From contig CAMKOP010000003.1 in NCBI GenBank assembly GCA_946414465.1, positions 15,162 to 79,161 of the forward strand: DNA of 64,000 bases, written 5' to 3'. Below are positions 17,213 to 25,704 of this stretch, piece after piece. Origin of the DNA: an uncultured Candidatus Saccharibacteria bacterium. GTDB taxonomy: Bacteria; Patescibacteriota; Saccharimonadia; Saccharimonadales; Saccharimonadaceae. Under the pieces are notes generated by a model, which was not told the origin of the DNA, did no database searches, and saw nothing but the letters and a program-made list of their open reading frames with translations. A program made the translations under genes and the position numbers. Position 1 is the stretch's first letter. The number at the start of each line of letters is the position of its first letter.

Positions 17213-18094
17213 ATGATTAGAACAGGGAAGAAATTTAGCAAGCCAGAGATGTCACGAGTGATAAACGGTGACGTAGTACTTTCTGACACACCTGAAGCTC
17301 CTGAAAAGAAACGTCTTGATCATATGATGGTGGAGATTTTTAAGAGTTATAATCGTTCGACCCTGCAGAAGTTTATTGAGAGTGGGTTTGTGAGAGTAGA
17401 TGGTATAGTAGCCAAAAAACCTAATCAAAAATTTGTCGAGGGGGCTTATATCGAGCTTGATGTACCTGAGGATATGAAAAATGCCGATGTCGAACCAGAT
17501 GTAATTTATGAAGATGACGATGTGATTGTGATGAATAAGCCAGCTGGACTCCTAAGTGAGCCAAGAGGGCAATATTGTCCTGAAAAAACTCTAGCGGATT
17601 TTGGTTATATTGCACATCGATTGGACCGTGATACTTCTGGGGTGGTGATTTTGGCAAAAACTGAGGATATTCAGCATTTCCTAAAAAAACAATTTCAGGA
17701 TAGGACGGTGCATAAAACTTATGTGGCAGTAGTATGTGGCCGACCGAAGCTGGACGAGGCTCGAATAGACTTGCCTTTGATTCGAGATTTAAAACGCCCA
17801 ACGACTTTCCGAGTGGATGCTAATGGTAAGGAGGCCGAAACTTTTTATAAGGTGCTAAAAACGAATGATGTGTATTCGATGGTAGAATTAAAACCTACGA
17901 CTGGTCGTACTCATCAATTGAGAGTGCATATGAAATACCTTGGGCATCCAATTTTGGGTGATTCTGTATATGGTACTGAAAAAGCAGACCGATTATATCT
18001 ACATGCGAGGGAATTAGAAATTACTTTGCCGAGTGGCGAGAGAAAAACTTTTAAAGCTAGGGTGCCGAGAGAGTTTAGTAATGTTCTTCGATAA
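17213..18094 (+). CDS. rluD: RluA/RluD-family 23S rRNA pseudouridine synthase
   Basis: S4-like N-terminus and the HRLDRDTSGV catalytic motif. The ATG at 17213 lies 6 nt after TGgTATAAT (possibly leaderless). Confidence 0.85.
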   Translation: MIRTGKKFSKPEMSRVINGDVVLSDTPEAPEKKRLDHMMVEIFKSYNRSTLQKFIESGFVRVDGIVAKKPNQKFVEGAYIELDVPEDMKNADVEPDVIYEDDDVIVMNKPAGLLSEPRGQYCPEKTLADFGYIAHRLDRDTSGVVILAKTEDIQHFLKKQFQDRTVHKTYVAVVCGRPKLDEARIDLPLIRDLKRPTTFRVDANGKEAETFYKVLKTNDVYSMVELKPTTGRTHQLRVHMKYLGHPILGDSVYGTEKADRLYLHARELEITLPSGERKTFKARVPREFSNVLR

Positions 18095-18737
18095 TATAGA
18101 CGATGTTGCTAGGATTGCTGGTCAATGTGGGACGTCTATTTTTATTATGCCAAAATCGCAATCGGTTGAGATTAAAAATGCGATAGTTTTGCAACCCGAA
18201 GGTAAAACGGTAATTACGATTGAACAAGTGCGTAGCGTAATTAATAGGCTCAACGTAAAGCAATATAATAATCAGTTTATTATAATTCGTCCAGCGGAGT
18301 TACTGCAACTTGAAGCGGCGAATGCTTTATTGAAGAGTCTAGAAGAGCCAGGAGATAAGGTACATTTTGTTTTGATTACGGATACTCCTTCACAGATTTT
18401 GCCAACAATTCTAAGTCGGGCGTCACTTTTCATACTCAAAAATCATGATTGGGATAAAATTGAAGCTAGTGATAAGGTAAAGGCTTTAGCAAAGAAATTG
18501 ATGGTAGCGAAAGGGGCAAATTTGGTAGATGTGGCAGAGGAAATCAGTAGGAAAAAGGATGGAGTGAGAGTCTATGCGATGGAGATACTTGGCGTAGCAA
18601 TCGAAATGATGTATAAAACCTATCTATTGAATCATAAGAAGGTATTTGTTGAAAGATTACCTAAATTTTTGCAGGCGTATGAGGGAATTTCGCGTAACGG
18701 TAATGTAAAATTGCAAATAGTAGCTAATTTATGCTAA
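18081..18737 (+). CDS. holB: DNA polymerase III delta' subunit-like
   Basis: LLKSLEEPGDKVHFVLIT...ILPTILSRA matches the clamp-loader delta' pattern. Start trimmed to the ATG at 18081. Confidence 0.7.
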   Translation: MFFDNIDDVARIAGQCGTSIFIMPKSQSVEIKNAIVLQPEGKTVITIEQVRSVINRLNVKQYNNQFIIIRPAELLQLEAANALLKSLEEPGDKVHFVLITDTPSQILPTILSRASLFILKNHDWDKIEASDKVKALAKKLMVAKGANLVDVAEEISRKKDGVRVYAMEILGVAIEMMYKTYLLNHKKVFVERLPKFLQAYEGISRNGNVKLQIVANLC

Positions 18738-18746
18738 AATAAGTGT

Positions 18747-19574
18747 ATGATTGCAGTGATTGCTATTTTGATTTTTACGGTTTATCTTTGTTTCTTTTTC
18801 CCGTTGGAAGTCAAAGAAAAGAAGGTCGAGGAAAAGTCGCCCAAATATTCTGCTCAGATGAAAAAGCTATGGCAGGTGGCACAGACTTCCATGAAAGAGC
18901 GCAAGCCATTTAGAGCGGAAAAAGCATTGCTTACGATTTTGAAATTTGATGAAAAAAATGCTGCTGCCTATAACAGGCTAGGGATTTTGTATGCTAAGGG
19001 ACAAAAATACGATGAAGCTGTAGAATGCTTTGAGATTGCGCAATCTTTGGATAATAATCCGGCTTCAATCCATAATGCTGGGTTAATCTATCTTGAAACT
19101 GGTGCTTATGAAAAGGCAGCGATGGCGTTTCGTCAGGCAATTGCACTTGAGGGTGATATCCCGGCACGGCATATTGCATTGGCAAAGGCTGAGGAGAAGA
19201 TGGGTAATACTAAAAAAGCAATCGAAGCTCTAGAAAATGCATTTGAATTAGATCCAAAAGTTGCTACTTTGCGTCAAATATTAGCTATTTATGAGGCATC
19301 AGGTGATACAGAAGCGGCTACGGTGACTGCTGCTCGAATTGAGGAGCAAATAACAAAAGACAACGCCATTAAAAAGCGCAAAGCCACAAAGGCTGTTGAA
19401 AAGAGGCCGTTGTCGTCTGGACGAGTCACTATGAGAGGAGATAGAAGGGCTCAACGTACAACTGTTGTTAGACCAAAGAATAATGGTACTGCTGCTCATA
19501 AAACTACACCTACCCCGAAGCCAAAATCAAGTCGTAGAGTCATCAAACCTCATGTAGGTAGAAAACGTATATAG
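18747..19574 (+). CDS. TPR-repeat protein with N-terminal TM and basic C-terminal tail
   Basis: TPR-like AxxYNxLGxxY repeats and a Lys/Arg-rich C-terminus. Confidence 0.7.
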   Translation: MIAVIAILIFTVYLCFFFPLEVKEKKVEEKSPKYSAQMKKLWQVAQTSMKERKPFRAEKALLTILKFDEKNAAAYNRLGILYAKGQKYDEAVECFEIAQSLDNNPASIHNAGLIYLETGAYEKAAMAFRQAIALEGDIPARHIALAKAEEKMGNTKKAIEALENAFELDPKVATLRQILAIYEASGDTEAATVTAARIEEQITKDNAIKKRKATKAVEKRPLSSGRVTMRGDRRAQRTTVVRPKNNGTAAHKTTPTPKPKSSRRVIKPHVGRKRI

Positions 19575-19609
19575 AAAATATCTGACCGAGGGGGGGTCAG
19601 ATATTTTCT
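19573..19609. terminator. Bidirectional terminator
   Basis: 15-bp stem AGAAAATATCTGACC / GGTCAGATATTTTCT with a 7-nt G-rich loop (GAGGGGG). Confidence 0.75.
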
Positions 19610-19953
19610 ATGGTGCACCCTAGTGAAAGAAGTTGCAACTATGCTGAAGGAGGACTTGATGGCCGAAAATTGTCCATCTTACCTCTATTTCTTTCATTAA
19701 ATGTGCGTAATTAGATTATGACACACTTATTATAAAAAATCACCTAAATTTTTGTGGTCTGAAATAAGGCAAAAAAGTACGCTCAAAATCATATATATTG
19801 TTTGCAAAAGTACTAGGGGGCCATTCCCGCTATATTTTTTGTCTGATTCTTAATGGTCGGGACAGTCCCCCCCAGAGACTCCGATTTTAACCCCTGCGTA
19901 GCTAGGGGTTTATTTGGGGTAATACGGACTTAACTGAATAGATCGGAATACTG

Positions 19954-19985
19954 AAAAAAAGCCCCCGACTCTTACCGTCGGAGGC
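19954..19985 (-). terminator. Rho-independent terminator (minus)
   Basis: CCTCCGAC-ggtaaga-GTCGGGGG (one G-U pair) followed by CTTTTTTT on the minus strand. Confidence 0.7.
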
Positions 19986-20506
19986 GAAAGCATAAAATGA
20001 TGTACTTCATTCAGACTTACATGGAGGTTTTCACCTCATTTATTAGATAAAATCCAAATAAATGGGTTTGTGCCAGATCATGTTTGTTCAGGTTTTCCCA
20101 CTCTGATCCAAGGGAACAAGAAGAGTTCCAAGGAAAATAGGAAGGAAATGTCACATCAAAGGCGCACTCCTGCAAAAATCGTAATCCTCAATTGCACTCG
20201 CTGCTTATAGCTTTTACCATAACGGTGCCCCATTAGGAAGAAACAAATCACTCTGGAACGTCTGCCAGAGGTTATTGCCTCTCGGCATTTCGCGCCACGG
20301 GAACCAAACCGCAATTAGCAATCTGGTCGCTAGCTACACAATTCCTACATAAGATACTGCCGTAGGAGGCAGGCCATGCACTCTAGATCCTAAAGATTCT
20401 AGCGTACTCGTCGTGCCCGGGCTTCGAGATGTCCAGTTATTTACCAAGACCCCTTTCTCTGCAAACATTTTGCAAAATGTCAATAGCATTTTTTACCTTT
20501 TAGATT
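19954..20506 (-). ncRNA. Candidate large structured RNA or long 3'UTR downstream of the 919-aa gene (family unknown)
   Basis: ~550 nt with no ORF of 60 aa or more contained within it and visibly higher G+C than the flanks. Has several local hairpins. Capped by a minus-strand terminator at 19954-19985. Confidence 0.35.
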
Positions 20507-23266
20507 TTATCTTGTTCGGTTCCACATTCGTAGCTTTTCATCCACTAACTCATCTTGGTTTTGCATCTGTTGATCTTGCCATTCTTGATATCTCGCCAAA
20601 TCGTCCATCTGGGCACCATTATCAAATAAGATCGGCCAAGCTGGGAACTGGCTAGCCCGCATTTGTCGCCAATTTGCATTTTTCTTATTCCTAGTCCGGA
20701 AAAACATGAAGCTTTCCTGATAAGATTCGTCTAAGGATTTATCAAAGTTATCCCTATCTCTATGTATCACCCTAGTTACTAGTGGAAGTGTCAATGCGCT
20801 AGTTTTTGCATCTTTGAATGCCTCTTGCAAAAATGGCTCAACATTATTGTTCGATAGTATTGGATCACTGGAATCCAATGCCCCACCTTCTTTTATTATC
20901 AAATACATTGCGGCACCTTTATGAGAGAGGCTGTCGGCAATTGCACACCTATTACCTTCATAATTAAATGCAAAGCCCATATATCGATCCGGATTATTTA
21001 TCCCTACTTTCTTATTTCCAAATACAAGCTGAAAAGCTTTTACATTGCTGTCTGGAATATTGTTATCTATGAAGTCATAGTATTTTATCAATGTATCAAT
21101 TTTTTGCAAACCAAAATCAAAGGGTGGAATATCTTCCTGGTTGATGTGGTTGTTATTGTTAGGTAAATTATGAATTGAGCCCTTATTTTTATTGGTCTTT
21201 TTTGGTTGTAAACTCGCAGGTTTTTTTTGTAAAAATTGGTTGTATATGTATACCGCATACTGGTCTCGTAAGTCTTCAAGGTCTGTTCTAGTAAGATTGG
21301 TTATTTGTGCTCTCTTTATTACACGTTGGTTGTCTTTTTCAAGCGATTTGTCTCGCTCTTTGGCTTGTAAATATGCCCAGTAGTCACTTTTACTTCTTTC
21401 GCTTCCGAAATTTGTCAATTTCCGATTCGTGCCGAGGTCATTACTATTTCCTTTGAAGGCCATAATCATAGATTCGAAATATTCTGGATCATTTGAAAAA
21501 ATATTATCATAATACCAATTCGCTTCATCAGAATACTCGCCATTGCGAGTCTTTATTGTATTTAGAAAGCCAGTAAAAGCTAATCTAGCAATCGTTTCAT
21601 CAGTAAAATCTAGCCCAATCTTCGCTTCATTGTCTATATACTCCTGCGTTTCAAAGATTTGAGTTAAATCTATATTCCTATTGCCGTTCTGGGCAACACC
21701 TTGCTCGAGCCGCATCTTTAAACCGTCTCGGATCGCTTTCCTGTAATCAACGTCTATTTCCAAAGGACTATTTGGCCTATTGGTATCCATATACTCAAAT
21801 AACAAACGAGAAAAAGATTCAGGGTCGTCACGTTCAGAAATAAAATGTTTAATTATCGTGTCGCCATAATCTATTTTCGTGACATCAAGTCGGCGGAGTA
21901 AATATTCAAAATCGAAAGATCTCTGAGCGTTTAAGACGCTGTTAGCCATATAATCTTCTGTGAATTGACGATAGTCGTCTTTTTTCTTCTCCACGTATTC
22001 TGAGTTATTGTTGATGCTCTCTTCGATTTGGCTGGCAGCATTTTTTAATCTATCTAATGCCACATGAGTAACTTCTGGATCAAGGATTCTTTCATTAGTC
22101 CATTCGTCTAGCTCAAGCTTCCTCTTATAATAAGGCACATCATATTTCACACGTAACTCATCTTGATCTCCTTTTTTGTATCGGAATGTGAAGTCTGGAT
22201 CATCCATCATTGTGTTTATCTTGTTGTTTAGGTCGAAGTAGCTTGCAATTTCTTTCTTGCGGTCATCATCTACTTCTTTTATGCCATCAACGGCAAAGGC
22301 TGTAATCTGTGCTGAATTTTTATCTATACCATTATCTACCAAAACCGTATCTGCCTTTTCTGGATTTTTTACAGTGGTGTTTGGCATAAATAAACCTGAT
22401 CTTATTGCTGTCTTGATAACGGCACGCTGGCGCTTTTCAACCTCATCTTTTGGCAATTCTAAATAATCATCGAATAAACCGCTAAAAATATCGTGGGTGT
22501 ATTCTTTTAGTACACCATTTGCTACTTCGGCGGAACCATTTTGATATTCCCAACTCGGTTTCTTTTCTTCATAATACCATCTTCTGTTAGACTCGTCTTG
22601 CCTAGCATCAAGTATCGCCTGGTCTATAGCCGCGCCCTCTAATTCTTTTTTAGTGATTTGAAGATCGGAATTGTCGTCGATTATTTTATCCGTGTATAGT
22701 TTTTCGTATGCTTCACTAACATATAGTTCGTGTTTATTGTTATTTGGGAGCATTTTTTCATAATAATGATTAATTGTTTTGAGGGATAGTTCACGAGCTT
22801 CATTTACTACGAGATTTCGTTTTTTATCAGAAGGATCGCCATCGCGTATTATACCTTGGTCTAACAGGCGGTTATAAACGTCATTAACAGCGTCATCAGT
22901 CAATATTTGTTTTGCTTTTTGTCTTATCTGCTTCACCGTCGCTGCATCGGTTTCGCGCTGCATTTCTTGCATACGTTTACGCAACTCCCAATTTGATTCC
23001 CCCGGTTGTTTAGGATAAACATCACCAGCTATTGTTCCGTCCCTAGATGTCCCGCGAGGCTGTTCTGCGGACTTCTCGAATCCTGCTTCCTCTACTTTAC
23101 CTTGGGCTTTTTCCGATAATTCTCTACCGACGTACAAGGTTTCATTATTTACGTCAGTAGTCGTATGAGAAGCAATTTGTTCAGCGATTTTGTGGCCTAA
23201 GCTTTGCCATTCGGCACGTTCATCGCTAGTGTTCTCGCCGCTGTTATTTATGTTTTCTCCGCCCAT
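20507..23266 (-). CDS. Large hypothetical protein (919 aa), no recognisable domain
   Basis: Long uninterrupted ORF with a GGAGGT RBS and its own promoter. Highly charged, with no TM or signal peptide. Confidence 0.7.
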   Translation of the reverse strand: MGGENINNSGENTSDERAEWQSLGHKIAEQIASHTTTDVNNETLYVGRELSEKAQGKVEEAGFEKSAEQPRGTSRDGTIAGDVYPKQPGESNWELRKRMQEMQRETDAATVKQIRQKAKQILTDDAVNDVYNRLLDQGIIRDGDPSDKKRNLVVNEARELSLKTINHYYEKMLPNNNKHELYVSEAYEKLYTDKIIDDNSDLQITKKELEGAAIDQAILDARQDESNRRWYYEEKKPSWEYQNGSAEVANGVLKEYTHDIFSGLFDDYLELPKDEVEKRQRAVIKTAIRSGLFMPNTTVKNPEKADTVLVDNGIDKNSAQITAFAVDGIKEVDDDRKKEIASYFDLNNKINTMMDDPDFTFRYKKGDQDELRVKYDVPYYKRKLELDEWTNERILDPEVTHVALDRLKNAASQIEESINNNSEYVEKKKDDYRQFTEDYMANSVLNAQRSFDFEYLLRRLDVTKIDYGDTIIKHFISERDDPESFSRLLFEYMDTNRPNSPLEIDVDYRKAIRDGLKMRLEQGVAQNGNRNIDLTQIFETQEYIDNEAKIGLDFTDETIARLAFTGFLNTIKTRNGEYSDEANWYYDNIFSNDPEYFESMIMAFKGNSNDLGTNRKLTNFGSERSKSDYWAYLQAKERDKSLEKDNQRVIKRAQITNLTRTDLEDLRDQYAVYIYNQFLQKKPASLQPKKTNKNKGSIHNLPNNNNHINQEDIPPFDFGLQKIDTLIKYYDFIDNNIPDSNVKAFQLVFGNKKVGINNPDRYMGFAFNYEGNRCAIADSLSHKGAAMYLIIKEGGALDSSDPILSNNNVEPFLQEAFKDAKTSALTLPLVTRVIHRDRDNFDKSLDESYQESFMFFRTRNKKNANWRQMRASQFPAWPILFDNGAQMDDLARYQEWQDQQMQNQDELVDEKLRMWNRTR

Positions 23267-23305
23267 GTACCTCCTAAAGTGTGAAATAATATAATTCTTA
23301 AGTTA

Positions 23306-23334
23306 ATTCTACTATTATTTTACCGGAATATCAA
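23306..23334 (-). promoter_or_regulatory. Sigma70-like promoter of the 919-aa gene
   Basis: Minus strand TTGATA-17 nt-TAGAAT, about 40 nt upstream of the ATG. Confidence 0.5.
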
Positions 23335-23416
23335 TTGGTTTTTAAAATGAAAAACACCCTGACTACCGCCAGGGATGTTTTTCTGAATAATACTAAACCC
23401 CCCATTGGTGTACCTC

Positions 23417-23851
23417 CTACAGTTGTGCGTCCCAGAACGCATCCACTGAAGGATAGTCCTCGGCCCACATCTCTTCGTAATACCTATTCCACGTATAGTT
23501 ATCGTCTTCCTCTTGCAGATATCCTAAGATTCTCACTGCATCGTACCAATTTGCCGGCCAGTCCCACCAATCAAAGTGTTTTCTGGCTATTTCTCTCCTC
23601 CTGCTATACTCTCTCATTCCGTCCGGAGTAACGTGTGTAATCTTGCGCTTTGGCTCAACTACATATCTTCTCCCGAGCTCTGCCTTAAGAGCATCCTGGA
23701 TTTCCCAGACATCATCTTTAGTCAGATCGGACGGATTGAAGCAACGAAGGCCTACATGCCAGTATTGCCTTACATTTGGCAGAATCGTACTTCTGAAGAT
23801 CTTCTCAACCCATTCGTGTGTAAAACTGTAATTCTTTTCCAATACATTCAC
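23417..23851 (-). CDS. Hypothetical Trp-rich protein (144 aa)
   Basis: GTG start per the ORF track, followed by a terminator hairpin at ~23345-23378. No homology recognised. Confidence 0.45.
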   Translation of the reverse strand: MNVLEKNYSFTHEWVEKIFRSTILPNVRQYWHVGLRCFNPSDLTKDDVWEIQDALKAELGRRYVVEPKRKITHVTPDGMREYSRRREIARKHFDWWDWPANWYDAVRILGYLQEEDDNYTWNRYYEEMWAEDYPSVDAFWDAQL

Positions 23852-24000
23852 CTCTTTTCAGTATTATCACAGATTTAAATTTACTTTTGCGCTCTTACCA
23901 TTTCTGGCAAGTTGGCTTCGCAGTAGCCCATGTAGTCTTAATGTCTACAGGTACATTCTCTCCGAGAAGGGGGCTCATCACCCAATATTTAGTATAGCGT

Positions 24001-24189
24001 TTAATAATCTGACGTATTAAATTTGTTCACAGCAACAAAACCAAGCAGTCCAGTTGCTATTATCGCGAAAGCAAACATAAACGGACTGTCAGCTGCTGCC
24101 TCCCACAGAGCATTGATATCGAAGTCGAAAAACCCCAGCATCATGAATGTGGTAAAGGCTACTATAATGATAGTCTTAAAAATTCTCAT
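24001..24189 (-). CDS. Small membrane protein (62 aa)
   Basis: Two hydrophobic helices, with GGAGGG upstream of the ATG. Confidence 0.4.
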   Translation of the reverse strand: MRIFKTIIIVAFTTFMMLGFFDFDINALWEAAADSPFMFAFAIIATGLLGFVAVNKFNTSDY

Positions 24190-24204
24190 ATATCCCTCCT
24201 TTAG

Positions 24205-24414
24205 CTATTTGGCCCTATTGCCATTATCATCACACAGATGTCCGGTCATAGGCAGTTTTACCTTATTTCCGTCATCATCGCACAGGTATCCGACAAGGAA
24301 GCTCTTAGGATCAGGCTTCTTTATTTCACCTTTCTTTACTGCTTCAGCGAACAACTGTACGATCAGAGCTCTCATTCTTCTCTGCATTTCCATAGCTTCG
24401 TTTTCTCTTGACAT
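24205..24414 (-). CDS. Small hypothetical protein (69 aa) with internal LCDDxGN repeat
   Basis: AAAGGAGAA RBS. Contains GYLCDDDGNKVKLPMTGHLCDDNGN. Confidence 0.4.
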   Translation of the reverse strand: MSRENEAMEMQRRMRALIVQLFAEAVKKGEIKKPDPKSFLVGYLCDDDGNKVKLPMTGHLCDDNGNRAK

Positions 24415-24624
24415 AATTTTGTTCTCCTTTCATAAGCAAAACGAAAGCAATAACTAATATATGATAAAAATACCAAGCAAAATCTCAGTATTGGATGAAA
24501 GTCATATTCTCTCGGATGTTAATCTGCGTAAGCACTTTACATGCAAACATTATAATTATAGCATAAAACACTAGAAAAGTCAATGTTTGGTGGAATAGTG
24601 GAACTGGTCTTTGACTTTTGCCAA

Positions 24625-24785
24625 TGGAGGTTGGTCGGTATTTTTGCTGAAGCGAGGGAGATTGGACGTCGGCTTTTGCTAACGCAAAAGCCTCTCTCGC
24701 GGCGTCGCCTCAGAAAATCTAAAACAAGTTTTAGATTTTCATTCATCTCCTCGCGAGACGAACCTACGGTTCGCGACCAACCCCA
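24625..24785 (+). ncRNA. Candidate structured small RNA (~160 nt, family unknown)
   Basis: A terminal 13-bp helix (24625-37 / 24774-85) encloses four nested hairpins. Followed by a terminator. ORFs on both strands look non-coding. Confidence 0.4.
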
Positions 24786-24795
24786 CAATATCAGA

Positions 24796-24830
24796 AAATA
24801 AATAAAGAGCCTTTGGCTCTTTCTTTATTT
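24796..24830. terminator. Bidirectional terminator
   Basis: AAAGAGCC-ttt-GGCTCTTT flanked by A- and T-runs. Confidence 0.7.
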
Positions 24831-24832
24831 TC

Positions 24833-24918
24833 TGGTGCTGGAGGTTGGACTCGAACCAACGAAGCGCGAAGCGCGAGAGATTTACAGTCTCTTGTCATTG
24901 CCACTAGACGACTCCAGC
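24833..24918 (-). tRNA. tRNA-Tyr (GTA), long variable arm, CCA encoded
   Basis: Manual cloverleaf: anticodon loop CT-GTA-AA, class II variable arm, T-loop TTCGAGT. Confidence 0.9.
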
Positions 24919-24997
24919 GTATTTAATATTATATATTATTTATTCTATAAAAGCAACCTTTTTACAAAAATATTATTGTATGATACAATTATTCTAC

Positions 24998-25072
<75 letters not shown>

Positions 25073-25073
25073 C

Positions 25074-25100
25074 AAAAAATCCCCCGAAGGGGATTATTTT
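25074..25100. terminator. Bidirectional terminator
   Basis: AATCCCC-cgaa-GGGGATT flanked by A- and T-runs. Confidence 0.7.
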
Positions 25101-25112
25101 GTTTGGTTTGTC

Positions 25113-25640
25113 TTAAGTCTCTTTGACTGCTTTTTTATTGTACTTAGAACTGCCTAGACCGAGAATGAGCCAAAACAGATTTGGGAAGAAGAACAAACCT
25201 ATGGCAAAGAGTGCACTTCTACCAAAGGCTTTAGCAGTACGTGATGCATAGATAATGTTCGCTATAAGACCAATGATGGCCATAACTGATAACGCTACAA
25301 TTACGATTGAATGTGCACCAAAATCATAGTTTTCTATTTGTTTTATGGTCATTCCGTTTGGATTGAATCCATTGACTGTACAAATGATGCTTCCAAGGAA
25401 GGAAGTGAGCAAAGTAATCCAGAACCATTTTTTCATGCCGACTATTTTATAGAGTAAATAAACATTATAGATTGGAATTAGTGCTTTCCAGCCTTTCTCG
25501 CCTGCCTTTTCTAGAATTTTCCAGGTTGAAATTATTATTAGTAATACTATTGTAATAACTAGCATGCTAGTAAAACCGATGACTAAGCCTGATGCAAAGG
25601 CTTCATCGGTGGTAAGTGTTCGTAAATTATCTTGTGGCAT
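25113..25640 (-). CDS. Multi-pass membrane protein (DUF5684-like)
   Basis: KILEKAGEKGWKALIPIYNVYLLYKIVG resembles that family; about 5 TM helices. Confidence 0.5.
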   Translation of the reverse strand: MPQDNLRTLTTDEAFASGLVIGFTSMLVITIVLLIIISTWKILEKAGEKGWKALIPIYNVYLLYKIVGMKKWFWITLLTSFLGSIICTVNGFNPNGMTIKQIENYDFGAHSIVIVALSVMAIIGLIANIIYASRTAKAFGRSALFAIGLFFFPNLFWLILGLGSSKYNKKAVKET

Positions 25641-25704
25641 TTTTCTCCTTGTTATATAATACTTATACTATTTTTTCCAGTAAAATACAATGTATAATAT
25701 ATAT

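Noticed and set aside
19918-19953. 16S rRNA-like strings GGTAATACGGA and ATCGGAATACTG, reminiscent of the 530-loop region.
   Set aside because: The flanks lack GTGCCAGCAGCCGCGG and GGGCGTAAAG, and the intervening sequence does not align. I treat it as a chance match, not an rRNA fragment.
19612-20506. Tried to assign the ORF-free block to RNase P RNA, tmRNA, SRP RNA or 6S RNA on either strand.
   Set aside because: RNase P is unsupported: there is no GGAAAGUCCGG-type CR-I paired with an ACAGAAnCCGGCUUA-type 3' strand. The segment GAAGCCCGGGCAC at ~20413-20425 is only superficially similar and has no complementary partner. tmRNA is unsupported because there is no T-arm plus CCA end and no tag ORF. 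SRP RNA is unsupported because there is no GGAAGCAGCC-type motif.
20507-23266. The 919-aa protein as an RNA-guided RuvC nuclease, based on the IGLDFTDE and TDLEDL strings and the adjacent non-coding block.
   Set aside because: The motif lacks the D-x-G signature. No convincing RuvC-II or RuvC-III partners or Zn-finger/Nuc features are present, and there is no repeat array. The similarity is too weak to claim.
24537-24801. Overlapping ORFs 24537-24788 (-) and 24583-24801 (+).
   Set aside because: Both translate to low-complexity Arg/Ser-rich sequences, overlap each other fully and coincide with strong nested RNA helices. They are treated as non-coding.
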